DNA of 64,000 nt, taken from NCBI GenBank assembly GCA_049889515.1, contig JBMHDG010000062.1, positions 188,534-252,533 of the forward strand, read 5' to 3'. Source of the DNA: Myxococcota bacterium (GTDB lineage: Bacteria; Myxococcota_A; UBA796; GCA-2862545). The translations under genes and the position numbers were made by a program. The notes under the pieces were generated by a model, which did not search any database, was not told the DNA's origin, and was given only the letters and a program-made list of their open reading frames with translations. How positions within the stretch are numbered: position 1 is the stretch's first letter; every line of letters starts with the position of its first letter. This document shows, piece by piece, positions 21,632 to 30,329 of this stretch.

Positions 21632-22789
21632 TCACTCTGGGGCCAATTCACGGAGTGCATCGACAAGACTGGCCGTGATGCCATCGGCGAGTGGCATGCC
21701 ATGACGCGTCAGGCACACGAAACCGTCGCTTTGCTGAATCAGGCCGTGCACTTCGAGCGCCTCGAGGACTTCGGGTCGGACCGTGTGACCGGTCTGCTGC
21801 AACATCTTGATTAACGAGACACCCTCCACGCCCCTCAGACCACTGAGGAGACGCTCTACCGCGCGTGCATGGGGGGATGGTTGCTCTTGTGTGGCTGTCG
21901 GGTCCTCTTGCTGCAGGTAGCCCTCAAGGTCGGCTACATTCTCGTACCTCGTGCCATCGGCAAGGTACCCATGCGCTCCCGGACCAAGACCCACATAAGG
22001 GCGGTCTTGCCAATACCCTTGGTTGTGCAAGCTCCGGTGTCCCGGCTTCGAGAAGTTGGACACCTCATACCGCTCGAGGCCTGCGCGAAGCAGGCGGGCT
22101 TCCATCTGGTCATGAAGCTGGCGCCAGGTGTCTTCGGTAGGGAGTGTGAGCATTCCTCGCGTCATCGCGAGGTCGAACGGCGTGCCAGCCTCGATGGTCA
22201 ACCCATAGATCGAGAGGTGGGGTGGGTCGTACGCAAGATAGGCATCGAGGTCTCCCTCAAGCTCGGCCACGGTCTGCTCGTGCAGCCCAAACATCAGGTC
22301 GGCGGACCAGGACTGAAGGTGCCCCTCCTTCTGCATCTCTTGGAGGAGGGCCATGGCCGTTCGTGCATGGTGGGGCGTGTGGGCGCGACCCAGACGTCTT
22401 GCATGACCTCGATGAAGCGTCTGAACACCAAGACTGATCCGTGTCACACCCGCTGCCACCCAGCCGGTCAGGCGTTCGCAGGTGACGTCCTCTGGGTTGC
22501 ACTCGAGGGTGACCTCGATCGTGGCCGGCTCGATCAAGAGCTGGAGGAGGCTGGTCAGGACCTCATCGGTGAGACGGCTTGGGGTTCCTCCCCCCAAGTA
22601 GACGGTTTGTCGGTCGCCGTGGACATGTGGGGCTCGTGCCGCGAGTTCTCGTCGTACAGCCTCGAGGTACTGAAGCTCCTGTCGAGGTACACCGGGTCTG
22701 TCTGGGACCACCACGAATGCGCAGTAAGGACAGCGTAGCCGACACCATGGCACGTGAAGGTAGACGCCGTGGGCCTCGGGTGGCTGCAT
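21632..22789 (-). CDS. hemW: radical SAM heme chaperone HemW (HemN-like)
   Basis: VYLHVPWCRLRCPYCAF (CxxxCxxC radical SAM cluster) with a HemN-like C-terminal domain. At 385 aa it fits HemW/YggW rather than HemN. Confidence 0.85.
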   Translation of the reverse strand: MQPPEAHGVYLHVPWCRLRCPYCAFVVVPDRPGVPRQELQYLEAVRRELAARAPHVHGDRQTVYLGGGTPSRLTDEVLTSLLQLLIEPATIEVTLECNPEDVTCERLTGWVAAGVTRISLGVQTLHRGHARRLGRAHTPHHARTAMALLQEMQKEGHLQSWSADLMFGLHEQTVAELEGDLDAYLAYDPPHLSIYGLTIEAGTPFDLAMTRGMLTLPTEDTWRQLHDQMEARLLRAGLERYEVSNFSKPGHRSLHNQGYWQDRPYVGLGPGAHGYLADGTRYENVADLEGYLQQEDPTATQEQPSPHARAVERLLSGLRGVEGVSLIKMLQQTGHTVRPEVLEALEVHGLIQQSDGFVCLTRHGMPLADGITASLVDALRELAPE

Positions 22790-22790
22790 A

Positions 22791-25334
22791 CTAGGACGCT
22801 GGCCGCAGACAGAGGGTGAACTGGGGTGCCGACAAGAGGTGGGCCATCATGGCTTGAACGTGGCTTGGTGTGACGTGTGCCCATTGTGCGACGCGTTCAT
22901 CGAGCTCGGTGGGGTAGCCTCGTAGCATCGCAAGGGTTCGGTCGGTCGCGCGATGAAGGGCCTGCTCTTGTCGACTCGCCCACCCACCCTGAAGGGAACG
23001 CACGCATCGTCCGAGATCATCGGGCGTGAGTGCATGCGCTGCAAGGGAGGCGAGGGTCTTGTGAATCTCACGCTCGGCCTCGTCCATCCTGTCTGGGCTG
23101 CACGCAATGCCGACCGAGAGCACGCCATACGCCTCTCCCGAGAGGTGCTGGGCCCACGTGGAGTACCCGAGACCGAGCGCCTCACGAAGACGCAGAAAGA
23201 GCAGCCCGCCCTGCCCATTGAGATGGGCGAGCAAGACATCCATGCACGGCTTGACCGCGGCCTTGTGACCTGGAGTCTGGAAGCTCACCAACACGGTGGC
23301 TTGGGACGTTCCCCCGGATTCGACGCGCCGCCCTGGCTGAAACATGGGCTGAACTGGGGCTCGTGATGGGCCTTCGCTCGGCAAGTCCTCGAGCCATGAC
23401 AGGGCCTGCAGCGCCTCTTGGGGATCGAACCCACCAGCGATGGTGAAAATCGCGCCCTGTCCGACGGCGTGTTCGGCGTGCCATTGTTGGACCGCGCGAT
23501 GGTCAAGCGGGGTGAGGCTCTGAACGGTACCCCCCGCCGGCAAAGACCAAGGATGGGTCGTGCCCCACGCATGGTGCCGGAACATCGCGCTCAGCTGATC
23601 ATGGGGGCGGTCCGCGATGCCCGCAGCTGCTTCGAGCAGCTCATCTCTCGTATGCGCGACATCCTCGGGTTCAAAGTGGGGTGACCGAACGACATCATCG
23701 AGTCGCTCAAGTGCCTCGAGGCATGATTCACGTGGGGCGCTGGCCGAGACGCCAAGGCTCCATCGGCCAGCGACGCCAAAGAGGTGCACGCCGTGGCGAT
23801 CGAGTGTGTCACCAAAATGAATGGCGGGTAGCTGACCCGCGCCGAGACAGAGTGCGTCCGCCCAGAGCTGGCCAAGACCGCCTTGATTCAAGGAGAGTCG
23901 ACGGTCGCCCCCAGGCAGCGCAAGCCTCATGCCGACCACAGGTCCGCTGTCGGGCAAAAGGACCACGCGAGCGCCGTTGGCGAAGGCATGCGTGGTGGCT
24001 GATGGCTGGTTCGGACGCGTGGGTGTGAGCGAAGGGAAGGAGGGCCGTAGGGTGGCATCGGCGACGGGTCCTAGCGCGGCGATGGTCACGCGTTCGGGGG
24101 TCAACCAGGACGTGAGGACCTCTCTCACACGATCGGGCGTCACGGCAGCGATCTGCTCACGCCACAACCGACTCGCATCGGGGGTGTTGTGATGGTCGAG
24201 CGCCAGCCCAAGAGATTGCATCACATCGTCGACGGACTCGCGCTCAAACGCGAGGTCTGCGAGCAGTGAGGCTTGTGCGCGTTGGACAGCTGCATGCGGA
24301 GCGCTCATTCCCCAACGACGGGTCTGGCGCAGCAAGGCCTCGACGGCTGGTTGGTCCCCGCCTTCGTGTGCGGTGAGTCCCACGGTGAACGATGAGCCCA
24401 GCCGACCGATCTCAAGCGTCGCCCAAGAATCAACCACCCATTGATCCTCGATCTGAAAGCGTCGCGACATCCAGCTGGCCGCACCCTGACCCAGCATGGC
24501 CGCCACCACCTCCAGGACGGGGAGATCGCAGTGACCCGCAGGGGGGAGTGTCCAGCCGAGCCGAACCCTTCTCTGGGCATAGGGTCCGCGGAGGTGCAGA
24601 CGCGCTTGGGTTGTGGGCAGAGGGTGTAGAGGGACGCGATCGTTCGGTGAAGAGGATGGCGCCCAGTCACCAAGGTCGTGTCGCGCGGCGGCAATCACGG
24701 CGTCAGCGGGCACATCGCCAATGACCAACAGCCTGGCGCGGGACGGCTGGTGATGTTGACGCCGATAGGCTGCGACATCACGGGGGGTGTGGTTGGCTAC
24801 GGACGCTCGGGTTCCCAAGACGGGTCGGCCGTAGGGGTGGTCTCCCCAGAGCGCATGCTGGTACGCATCATCGAGCACGGACTCGGGATCGTTGGCGTAG
24901 CTTGCGATCTCCTCCAAGACGACCGCTTGCTCGGCGTCGAAGGCCTCGGGTGTGGCGTTGCCACGTAGAACCAAGTCGGAGAGCACCTCAAGCGAGGCCC
25001 GCCAGTGTTCAGGCAAGACCGTGGCATGAAACGCGGTCTCGTCGTGTGCCGTCCATGCGTTGAGGTCGCCACCGAGTGACTCGATGCGGCGTGCTGCGGC
25101 ACCTGTTGGGTAGGTTGTGGAGCCCTTAAACACCATGTGTTCAAGGAGATGTGCGATCCCCAGCTGGTCTGATGTCTCATCCGCAGCACCCGTCTCGATC
25201 CAAAGCGCGAGCGCAGTGAGCGGTCTCGATTCGGAGACCACGACGACTTCGAGGCCGTTGTCGAGCGTCGCTCTCGTGAGCGTTCGTGCGGGGGGGGAGG
25301 GCGTCAGTCGCCCACCTGAACGGACGTCGGGCAC
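22791..25334 (-). CDS. M16-family zinc peptidase, double-length (two M16 units fused)
   Basis: Inverted zincin motif HLLEH in GIAHLLEHMVFKGS. At 847 aa it has a second, apparently inactive M16-like half. GTG start. No obvious signal peptide. Confidence 0.85.
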   Translation of the reverse strand: MPDVRSGGRLTPSPPARTLTRATLDNGLEVVVVSESRPLTALALWIETGAADETSDQLGIAHLLEHMVFKGSTTYPTGAAARRIESLGGDLNAWTAHDETAFHATVLPEHWRASLEVLSDLVLRGNATPEAFDAEQAVVLEEIASYANDPESVLDDAYQHALWGDHPYGRPVLGTRASVANHTPRDVAAYRRQHHQPSRARLLVIGDVPADAVIAAARHDLGDWAPSSSPNDRVPLHPLPTTQARLHLRGPYAQRRVRLGWTLPPAGHCDLPVLEVVAAMLGQGAASWMSRRFQIEDQWVVDSWATLEIGRLGSSFTVGLTAHEGGDQPAVEALLRQTRRWGMSAPHAAVQRAQASLLADLAFERESVDDVMQSLGLALDHHNTPDASRLWREQIAAVTPDRVREVLTSWLTPERVTIAALGPVADATLRPSFPSLTPTRPNQPSATTHAFANGARVVLLPDSGPVVGMRLALPGGDRRLSLNQGGLGQLWADALCLGAGQLPAIHFGDTLDRHGVHLFGVAGRWSLGVSASAPRESCLEALERLDDVVRSPHFEPEDVAHTRDELLEAAAGIADRPHDQLSAMFRHHAWGTTHPWSLPAGGTVQSLTPLDHRAVQQWHAEHAVGQGAIFTIAGGFDPQEALQALSWLEDLPSEGPSRAPVQPMFQPGRRVESGGTSQATVLVSFQTPGHKAAVKPCMDVLLAHLNGQGGLLFLRLREALGLGYSTWAQHLSGEAYGVLSVGIACSPDRMDEAEREIHKTLASLAAHALTPDDLGRCVRSLQGGWASRQEQALHRATDRTLAMLRGYPTELDERVAQWAHVTPSHVQAMMAHLLSAPQFTLCLRPAS

Positions 25335-26809
25335 TCGGGTCGGGCGGTAACGACGTACCAGCCCAGCTCGTCAGCCCAGTACTCGCCTTGGAACGGCCAG
25401 ACCCGCTTACCCTTGCGCCGTAGCTTACGCAGGTTGCCGAGCGTTTCGTCGTAGGTGATCTTCTCACCTGCGGCGGCGCGATCGAACAGCCGGGACTGGA
25501 GCGTCAGGAGGTCGACACGGGTGAGCTCAAGGCCTTCAAGGAGGTCACGAAGCTCAGCGCGAGCATCGCGGGCCGTATCGATGATGTCGCGCCCAGCGGC
25601 CTCAGACCGTGTTTCGAGACGCGCAGCGAGCGCTGCACCGGCATGCGCGGCCCATGGTGCCTCAACACTGCGAATCTGCTGAAGCTCTGTGTTGCCGGTA
25701 TCGAGCGCCTTGACGGTGTTCTGGAAGCCCTTGTCCCACGAGAGCGGGCGCATGACGGCAGCTGGGAGTGCGGTGGACTCACCCTGAAGCCAACGACGGC
25801 CATCAACCAGGGCATTCTCTGGCGTGAGCTTCCCGAGCGTGCTCCCGATCTGTTCTTCCATCGGCTCGTACCGCGCTTGGAAGGCGTCGATCGCATCTGT
25901 TGCAGCTGGGAACTTGCACATCAGGAAGAGGCTCTGCGCGCGGAGCATCTCGGCCTCGGGCCAGTACCAGTCCTCGAAGAATGGAGACGTGTGGGTGTTC
26001 AACAGTCCGAGAACACCCGGCATGTCATCGGACCGGAAGTGAGCCCAAGCCCGCTCAAAGTGTGCCTGGGGCCAGTACGCGTCAGAGCGTGGAACCCGTG
26101 CGTAGTACTCCATGGCGCGGCCGTAGTTGCCAGAGGCATAGAAGGTTCGCGCGACGTTGAGCGTGAGGGTGTTTTTCTCGTGCGGGTCTGCACCTTCGCG
26201 ATCTGCTCTCTGGCGTGCAGCCAGGAGGGGTGCGAGGGCTTCCCCGTGTTTTCCTTGTTGCGTGAGGATGACGCCCTTGAGGACCATGGCCTCCCTGCCG
26301 AGTGGACCGGTCTCAGGCACGAGCGGTAGCATGCCCATCGCCGTACCCCATTCGCCATCGGAAAAGGCGCTCCGCGCGATGCGGAGGGCAACGCCAGCCC
26401 GTGTGTCATTGGACATCGGGAGGGCCATGCGAGAGGAGAGGGCCTGGCCGACGAAGACGTCTTCATCAAACGTAGAGGAGAGCTCTAGCAGTCGATCAAG
26501 ATGAGCGCCGACGTCGACATTGTCGTGCTTGAGCGCATCAACCCATACCGTGAGCGCTGCGTAGGACTGGCCCTGTCCGTCGAGCGCGGCTCCGAGACGC
26601 GCGAGGGCTGCACCACGAAACGGCGAATCAGGCTCGTTCAAGACGGCTGCGGCAGCATTGGCGGCTACATCCCATGCGCGCTTCTCAAGCGCAGCATCGG
26701 CAGCCAAGATCATCGCAGGAACCTCTGGCTCCGCTTCCTGTGCCCACCCCAGTGTCGAGAACCCACAGGTGAGTCCGAGAAGGGTGTTTCGGAACAACCG
26801 TGTGGTCAT
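25304..26809 (-). CDS. secreted TPR-like helical-repeat protein
   Basis: From the internal ATG 26809: MTTRLFRNTLLGLTCGFSTLGWAQE signal peptide, then helical repeats (NVARTFYASGNYGRAMEYYARV). ATGA overlap with the upstream gene is at 26806-26809. Confidence 0.55.
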   Translation of the reverse strand: MTTRLFRNTLLGLTCGFSTLGWAQEAEPEVPAMILAADAALEKRAWDVAANAAAAVLNEPDSPFRGAALARLGAALDGQGQSYAALTVWVDALKHDNVDVGAHLDRLLELSSTFDEDVFVGQALSSRMALPMSNDTRAGVALRIARSAFSDGEWGTAMGMLPLVPETGPLGREAMVLKGVILTQQGKHGEALAPLLAARQRADREGADPHEKNTLTLNVARTFYASGNYGRAMEYYARVPRSDAYWPQAHFERAWAHFRSDDMPGVLGLLNTHTSPFFEDWYWPEAEMLRAQSLFLMCKFPAATDAIDAFQARYEPMEEQIGSTLGKLTPENALVDGRRWLQGESTALPAAVMRPLSWDKGFQNTVKALDTGNTELQQIRSVEAPWAAHAGAALAARLETRSEAAGRDIIDTARDARAELRDLLEGLELTRVDLLTLQSRLFDRAAAGEKITYDETLGNLRKLRRKGKRVWPFQGEYWADELGWYVVTARPECPTSVQVGD

Positions 26810-27504
26810 CTGCGGTTCCCCCGTCCGAGGAAGCTCGTGAACCCGAGCGTCAGTCCGCCATTTTGCTTGAAGTGCCATGTCGAGGTGATGGGGCGGTATT
26901 CGACGAGCAGGTCATCGCGCATCTCCACCCGTACCACGAGCTTCTCGGATGCGAAGAACCGCATGCCGGCACCCAACGAGACGGTTGGGGCGACTGTAAA
27001 GCCGCCGTTTGGAATGACGGATTGTTCGAGGGTCGCGCCGCCTCGAGCCGTGCCGTAGATGTCGAAGTGAACGACCTTGGCTGGACCGAGGGCCATCTTG
27101 GCGTAGATGGGCGACCAGCTCACGCCCACCAGCGCGGATGCCAAATAGCGGTAGGCGGCGGGGGCGAGTCCATAGCTCGGGCCTTCGAGCTCCACATAGC
27201 GACCGGTCTTAAGACCGTAGCCTCCACCAATGAGCACCGAGAGTGCGATGGACTCGCTGAAGTGCTTGTCGATGCTGAACTGTGCCTGTGGCGTTGTGAC
27301 GAGGGGATCGAAGGGCATCCACCCGAGGTGGCCGCCAAGCTCTAGGCGTCCGTCTTTCGGAAAGAGGACGTTCTGAACCACGTTGATCTCGTCGTTGCGG
27401 AGTGCACCGATGTCGACGGTCTCTTGGGCGGTGGCCGTCGAGCTGACCACGGAGGCCAGAAGCATGGCACCTGCAAGAATAAAGCGAGGGAGTGACAGGG
27501 ACAT
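26806..27504 (-). CDS. outer-membrane beta-barrel domain protein
   Basis: Signal peptide (LLASVVSSTATAQE) and alternating amphipathic strands. The C-terminus is ...GGLTLGFTSFLGRGNRR. From memory it resembles the myxobacterial OMP beta-barrel family (TIGR04565-like). Confidence 0.6.
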   Translation of the reverse strand: MSLSLPRFILAGAMLLASVVSSTATAQETVDIGALRNDEINVVQNVLFPKDGRLELGGHLGWMPFDPLVTTPQAQFSIDKHFSESIALSVLIGGGYGLKTGRYVELEGPSYGLAPAAYRYLASALVGVSWSPIYAKMALGPAKVVHFDIYGTARGGATLEQSVIPNGGFTVAPTVSLGAGMRFFASEKLVVRVEMRDDLLVEYRPITSTWHFKQNGGLTLGFTSFLGRGNRR

Positions 27505-27513
27505 GGAGAACTC

Positions 27514-28857
27514 TCAGAAAGGCAGTTCGCGTGGGACGCCATCGACCGGGAGGTACCAGATGTTGACGCTCTCATTGAAGTCAGGGACAGCGTCGCCGTG
27601 CAGCACCACGCTGTTGTCGGATTGTCGGTACGACCAGCCATTGTCGTACCGGACGAGGTCGAGGTAGGCGTCGTAGGTGGCTTCGGCTTGCTCGACGACG
27701 CGACCTGCGACCTCGACCACGATGGTCTCTTCGTCAGGTAGGGCAGCAAGCGGGAAGCTGCGAACCAATGAACGAAGCAAATCGCCCACTTGGGCGAGCG
27801 CTTCGCCGAAGTCTGCATCCTCGCAACCACCGCTCCCGTTAGGGCGAGAGATGGGGATGTAGCTGCCATTCGATTCAACAACCATGCGCTGATAGCGCTT
27901 GATTCCCCAGTCGGCGGCACCCGAGGTGTTGCACCCTTCGTCGTTGGATGGGCCAATGACGGCCCAGGTCATGCGGTTGGGAAAGGCTGCGAAGAGGGTG
28001 TCATAGGGGGCGACGGTGCCGTCGCGCGGCCCGATGCGTCGGCTCTGGTCACCCTCGTCGGTGATGATGACCGGAATGACGGTGCTGTTGGGACGGAGCC
28101 ACGCGCTGTTGGACCCCACATCGTTGTTGCCAAAATACTCCATTCGGCCAATCTCGGGGTCTTTCGGGTCGAGTGGGGTGTCCTGAATGACGGGGACGCC
28201 CGAGCCATCCGAGGTGTCCTGCCACCAGTCTTGAAAACACTCGGGTGGAGGCTCTTCGACAGCGCGACACATAGCCATGAAGACGGCTTCGAGGCCTTCT
28301 TCATAGGCTGATGTGGTGCAGTATTGGTTGCGGGGCGGGCCACCGGGGCAGCTGATGTCGACGCCGCTTGGAAGTCGATCAATGCACGCCGCATCGCAGA
28401 GGAAGTTCTCGGTAAACGTCGTGGCGGGGTCGTCGTCCAGCTTACGCACGACCTTGGGCCGGCCACGGAGCTCGCCCCAGCCTTCGTAGTCTCCGATGCG
28501 ATTGGTCACATCGGTCACGGTGACACCGAGGTGGTAGTTCACGTTTCCGGTGCGGTCCGAGACGTAGTCAATGAACCGGTCGACGTCGTCGGAGAGCTGC
28601 GGATTATCGGGACGCGTCAGGGACTCGTCGGCGAACTCGTTGATGAACTCCGAGAAGTTCAGGGCGAGGGCGTTGGACTCTGCGGTCATGGAGGAACTGT
28701 TGTCCACCACGAACAGAATGTCGGCCTGGTTGCTGAACGTCTCTTGTTCGAAACCGGTCAATCGGAAATAATCATACTCATTGCACCCGCCGGCGAGTCC
28801 AGCCATCAGGACCAGCGCCGATGTCAGTGCAGCTGTAGAGGTTCGGGGCATGCGCAC
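27514..28857 (-). CDS. von Willebrand factor A domain lipoprotein
   Basis: Lipobox LAGGC. MIDAS DxSxS in ILFVVDNSSSM, with a later VIITDEGDQS. A Cys-containing insertion sits inside the VWA fold. Confidence 0.7.
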   Translation of the reverse strand: MRMPRTSTAALTSALVLMAGLAGGCNEYDYFRLTGFEQETFSNQADILFVVDNSSSMTAESNALALNFSEFINEFADESLTRPDNPQLSDDVDRFIDYVSDRTGNVNYHLGVTVTDVTNRIGDYEGWGELRGRPKVVRKLDDDPATTFTENFLCDAACIDRLPSGVDISCPGGPPRNQYCTTSAYEEGLEAVFMAMCRAVEEPPPECFQDWWQDTSDGSGVPVIQDTPLDPKDPEIGRMEYFGNNDVGSNSAWLRPNSTVIPVIITDEGDQSRRIGPRDGTVAPYDTLFAAFPNRMTWAVIGPSNDEGCNTSGAADWGIKRYQRMVVESNGSYIPISRPNGSGGCEDADFGEALAQVGDLLRSLVRSFPLAALPDEETIVVEVAGRVVEQAEATYDAYLDLVRYDNGWSYRQSDNSVVLHGDAVPDFNESVNIWYLPVDGVPRELPF

Positions 28858-28932
28858 ACTCCCCCCGAATTGTAACCGAAGGTGGGTGTTCGATGCAGCA
28901 CCGTGACGGGCTGTTGACTCGGACGGCCGAAA

Positions 28933-29301
28933 TCAGGCGGGAAGCGACGCGCGATGGTCCTCGAGCCATGCCTCAACGTCATTCCGGTCGGACGGGGAGA
29001 GCTCGTCAAAGGCGATGCCCATGCCCGAGGTCATGCCGCTGCCAGGTGGCACTACCCACTGAACTGTGCCGAAGGTCTCTACGGGCCGGTCCCGGTTGGG
29101 AACACGGAAGCGGAGCTTGAATCTCGTGCCGCGAGGGAGGGGTTCCTCTCGTTCGATGAACATCCCTCCAATGGACACGTTGGACGTATAATCATCCAAG
29201 AAGTCATCGATGGTGTCGTACGTCACATGAATTCGCACCGACATCCGCTGTTGGACACGTTTTTCCACCCGAGATCTTGCTGCGGAGAGAGACATGAGCA
29301 C
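28933..29301 (-). CDS. PilZ-domain protein (TIGR02266-like)
   Basis: 122 aa. Both c-di-GMP-binding motifs are present: RxxxR (RVQQR) and (D/N)xSxxG (NVSIGG). Confidence 0.75.
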   Translation of the reverse strand: MLMSLSAARSRVEKRVQQRMSVRIHVTYDTIDDFLDDYTSNVSIGGMFIEREEPLPRGTRFKLRFRVPNRDRPVETFGTVQWVVPPGSGMTSGMGIAFDELSPSDRNDVEAWLEDHRASLPA

Positions 29302-29374
29302 TCCATCGATACTTGGGTATCGGCGGGGTGCCTCCCGGATTGAGGAAATCTTTCGTGCGCCGTCGCATCGGACC

Positions 29375-30268
29375 CTAGTCGAGCTGGGAGGTCGCTGCCC
29401 GGATACCGAAGAAGGCCTGAATGACGGAGCGGTCCACTAAACGTTGGGCGGCGATGTGGTGGCGGAGAAGTGCGGTCCATAGCACATCGATCTGCGTGAC
29501 CAACGCTTGGGCGTCACCCGTACTCACGCATTCGACCAGATCTCGGATCGGTGCGGGGTGTGGACTGGGGTAGGCGTGGAGAATCCGCTCCATCGCCCGA
29601 CGAATCCGACTGTATACGGACGGATGGGAGTGCTTGATGGGCGCATCGGCGTCATCGAAGGTGACGACCACCGCTGCGGGGGCTGCCGTGACCGCGGTAT
29701 CGTCGGGCTCTTCGTCATCGATGACGCCATGCGACGTGCGTCCCTCTGCGGGCCAAGGACCGACCGGTGTGACGTCGCGTTCAGCGAGGAACGACGCCAC
29801 GTTTCCGACGACTTCGCCGTACGCGGCGACAGTCATGCAGCCACGCACGCGGGTCTGGGGCACCTCATGGCTACAGTCGAGTATGGTGACTTTCCCACTG
29901 GCCTCTGGTGAGATTCGAATCTCGGGTGCAGAGATGACATCGACATCGAGAACGGTCGGACCGATCTCCACCCACTCGGTGGCTTTGATCACGCGCGCGC
30001 GACAGCGGGGACCCTCGAGGTTGATGCGCGGTGCCTCAAGCACCTCTGCGCGGACCTCTCCCTGACACGTCAGGGTCTGCATGCTTCGGAGCCGGCCTTC
30101 GATTCGTGGCATGACGACGGTCAGGTCACCGGCTGCCTCGACCTCTCCGAGTGGTCGGCCGAGGGACTGCTCGAGCCGAACATCACCCGTGTGGGTCACG
30201 CAGATGCGCCCTTCGACGACTGTGAGGCGTAGGTCAGCGGGCAGAAGGAATGGGGTAGGGGACGACAC
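29375..30268 (-). CDS. hypothetical protein with beta-helix-like (bactofilin-like) N-terminal repeats
   Basis: 297-aa ORF with a GTG start and GGAG 9 nt upstream. The N-terminal ~150 aa show short repeats with alternating hydrophobic residues and Gly turns (GDLTVVMPRIEGRLRS..., CQGEVRAEVLEAPRINLEG...). The C-terminal part is helical. Confidence 0.5.
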   Translation of the reverse strand: MSSPTPFLLPADLRLTVVEGRICVTHTGDVRLEQSLGRPLGEVEAAGDLTVVMPRIEGRLRSMQTLTCQGEVRAEVLEAPRINLEGPRCRARVIKATEWVEIGPTVLDVDVISAPEIRISPEASGKVTILDCSHEVPQTRVRGCMTVAAYGEVVGNVASFLAERDVTPVGPWPAEGRTSHGVIDDEEPDDTAVTAAPAAVVVTFDDADAPIKHSHPSVYSRIRRAMERILHAYPSPHPAPIRDLVECVSTGDAQALVTQIDVLWTALLRHHIAAQRLVDRSVIQAFFGIRAATSQLD

Positions 30269-30329
30269 GACGCGGCACTCCTTCGCGTAGGAGCGTCAGC
30301 GTACAATCCGACGGCCGCATGTCAAGCGG

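Noticed and set aside
21632-25334. Radical SAM enzyme next to an M16 peptidase, considered as a possible RiPP (PQQ-like) maturation cluster
   Set aside because: The radical SAM protein has the size and HemN-like C-terminal domain of housekeeping HemW. No small precursor-peptide ORF or SPASM-type extra Cys clusters are visible. The hemW-dnaJ linkage is a known housekeeping synteny.
28858-28932. TACAAT-like hexamer upstream of the VWA lipoprotein gene, considered as a promoter
   Set aside because: No acceptable -35 hexamer occurs at 16-18 nt spacing (TGCATC/CTGCAT). The hexamer is so close to the RBS that the leader would be only a few nt long.
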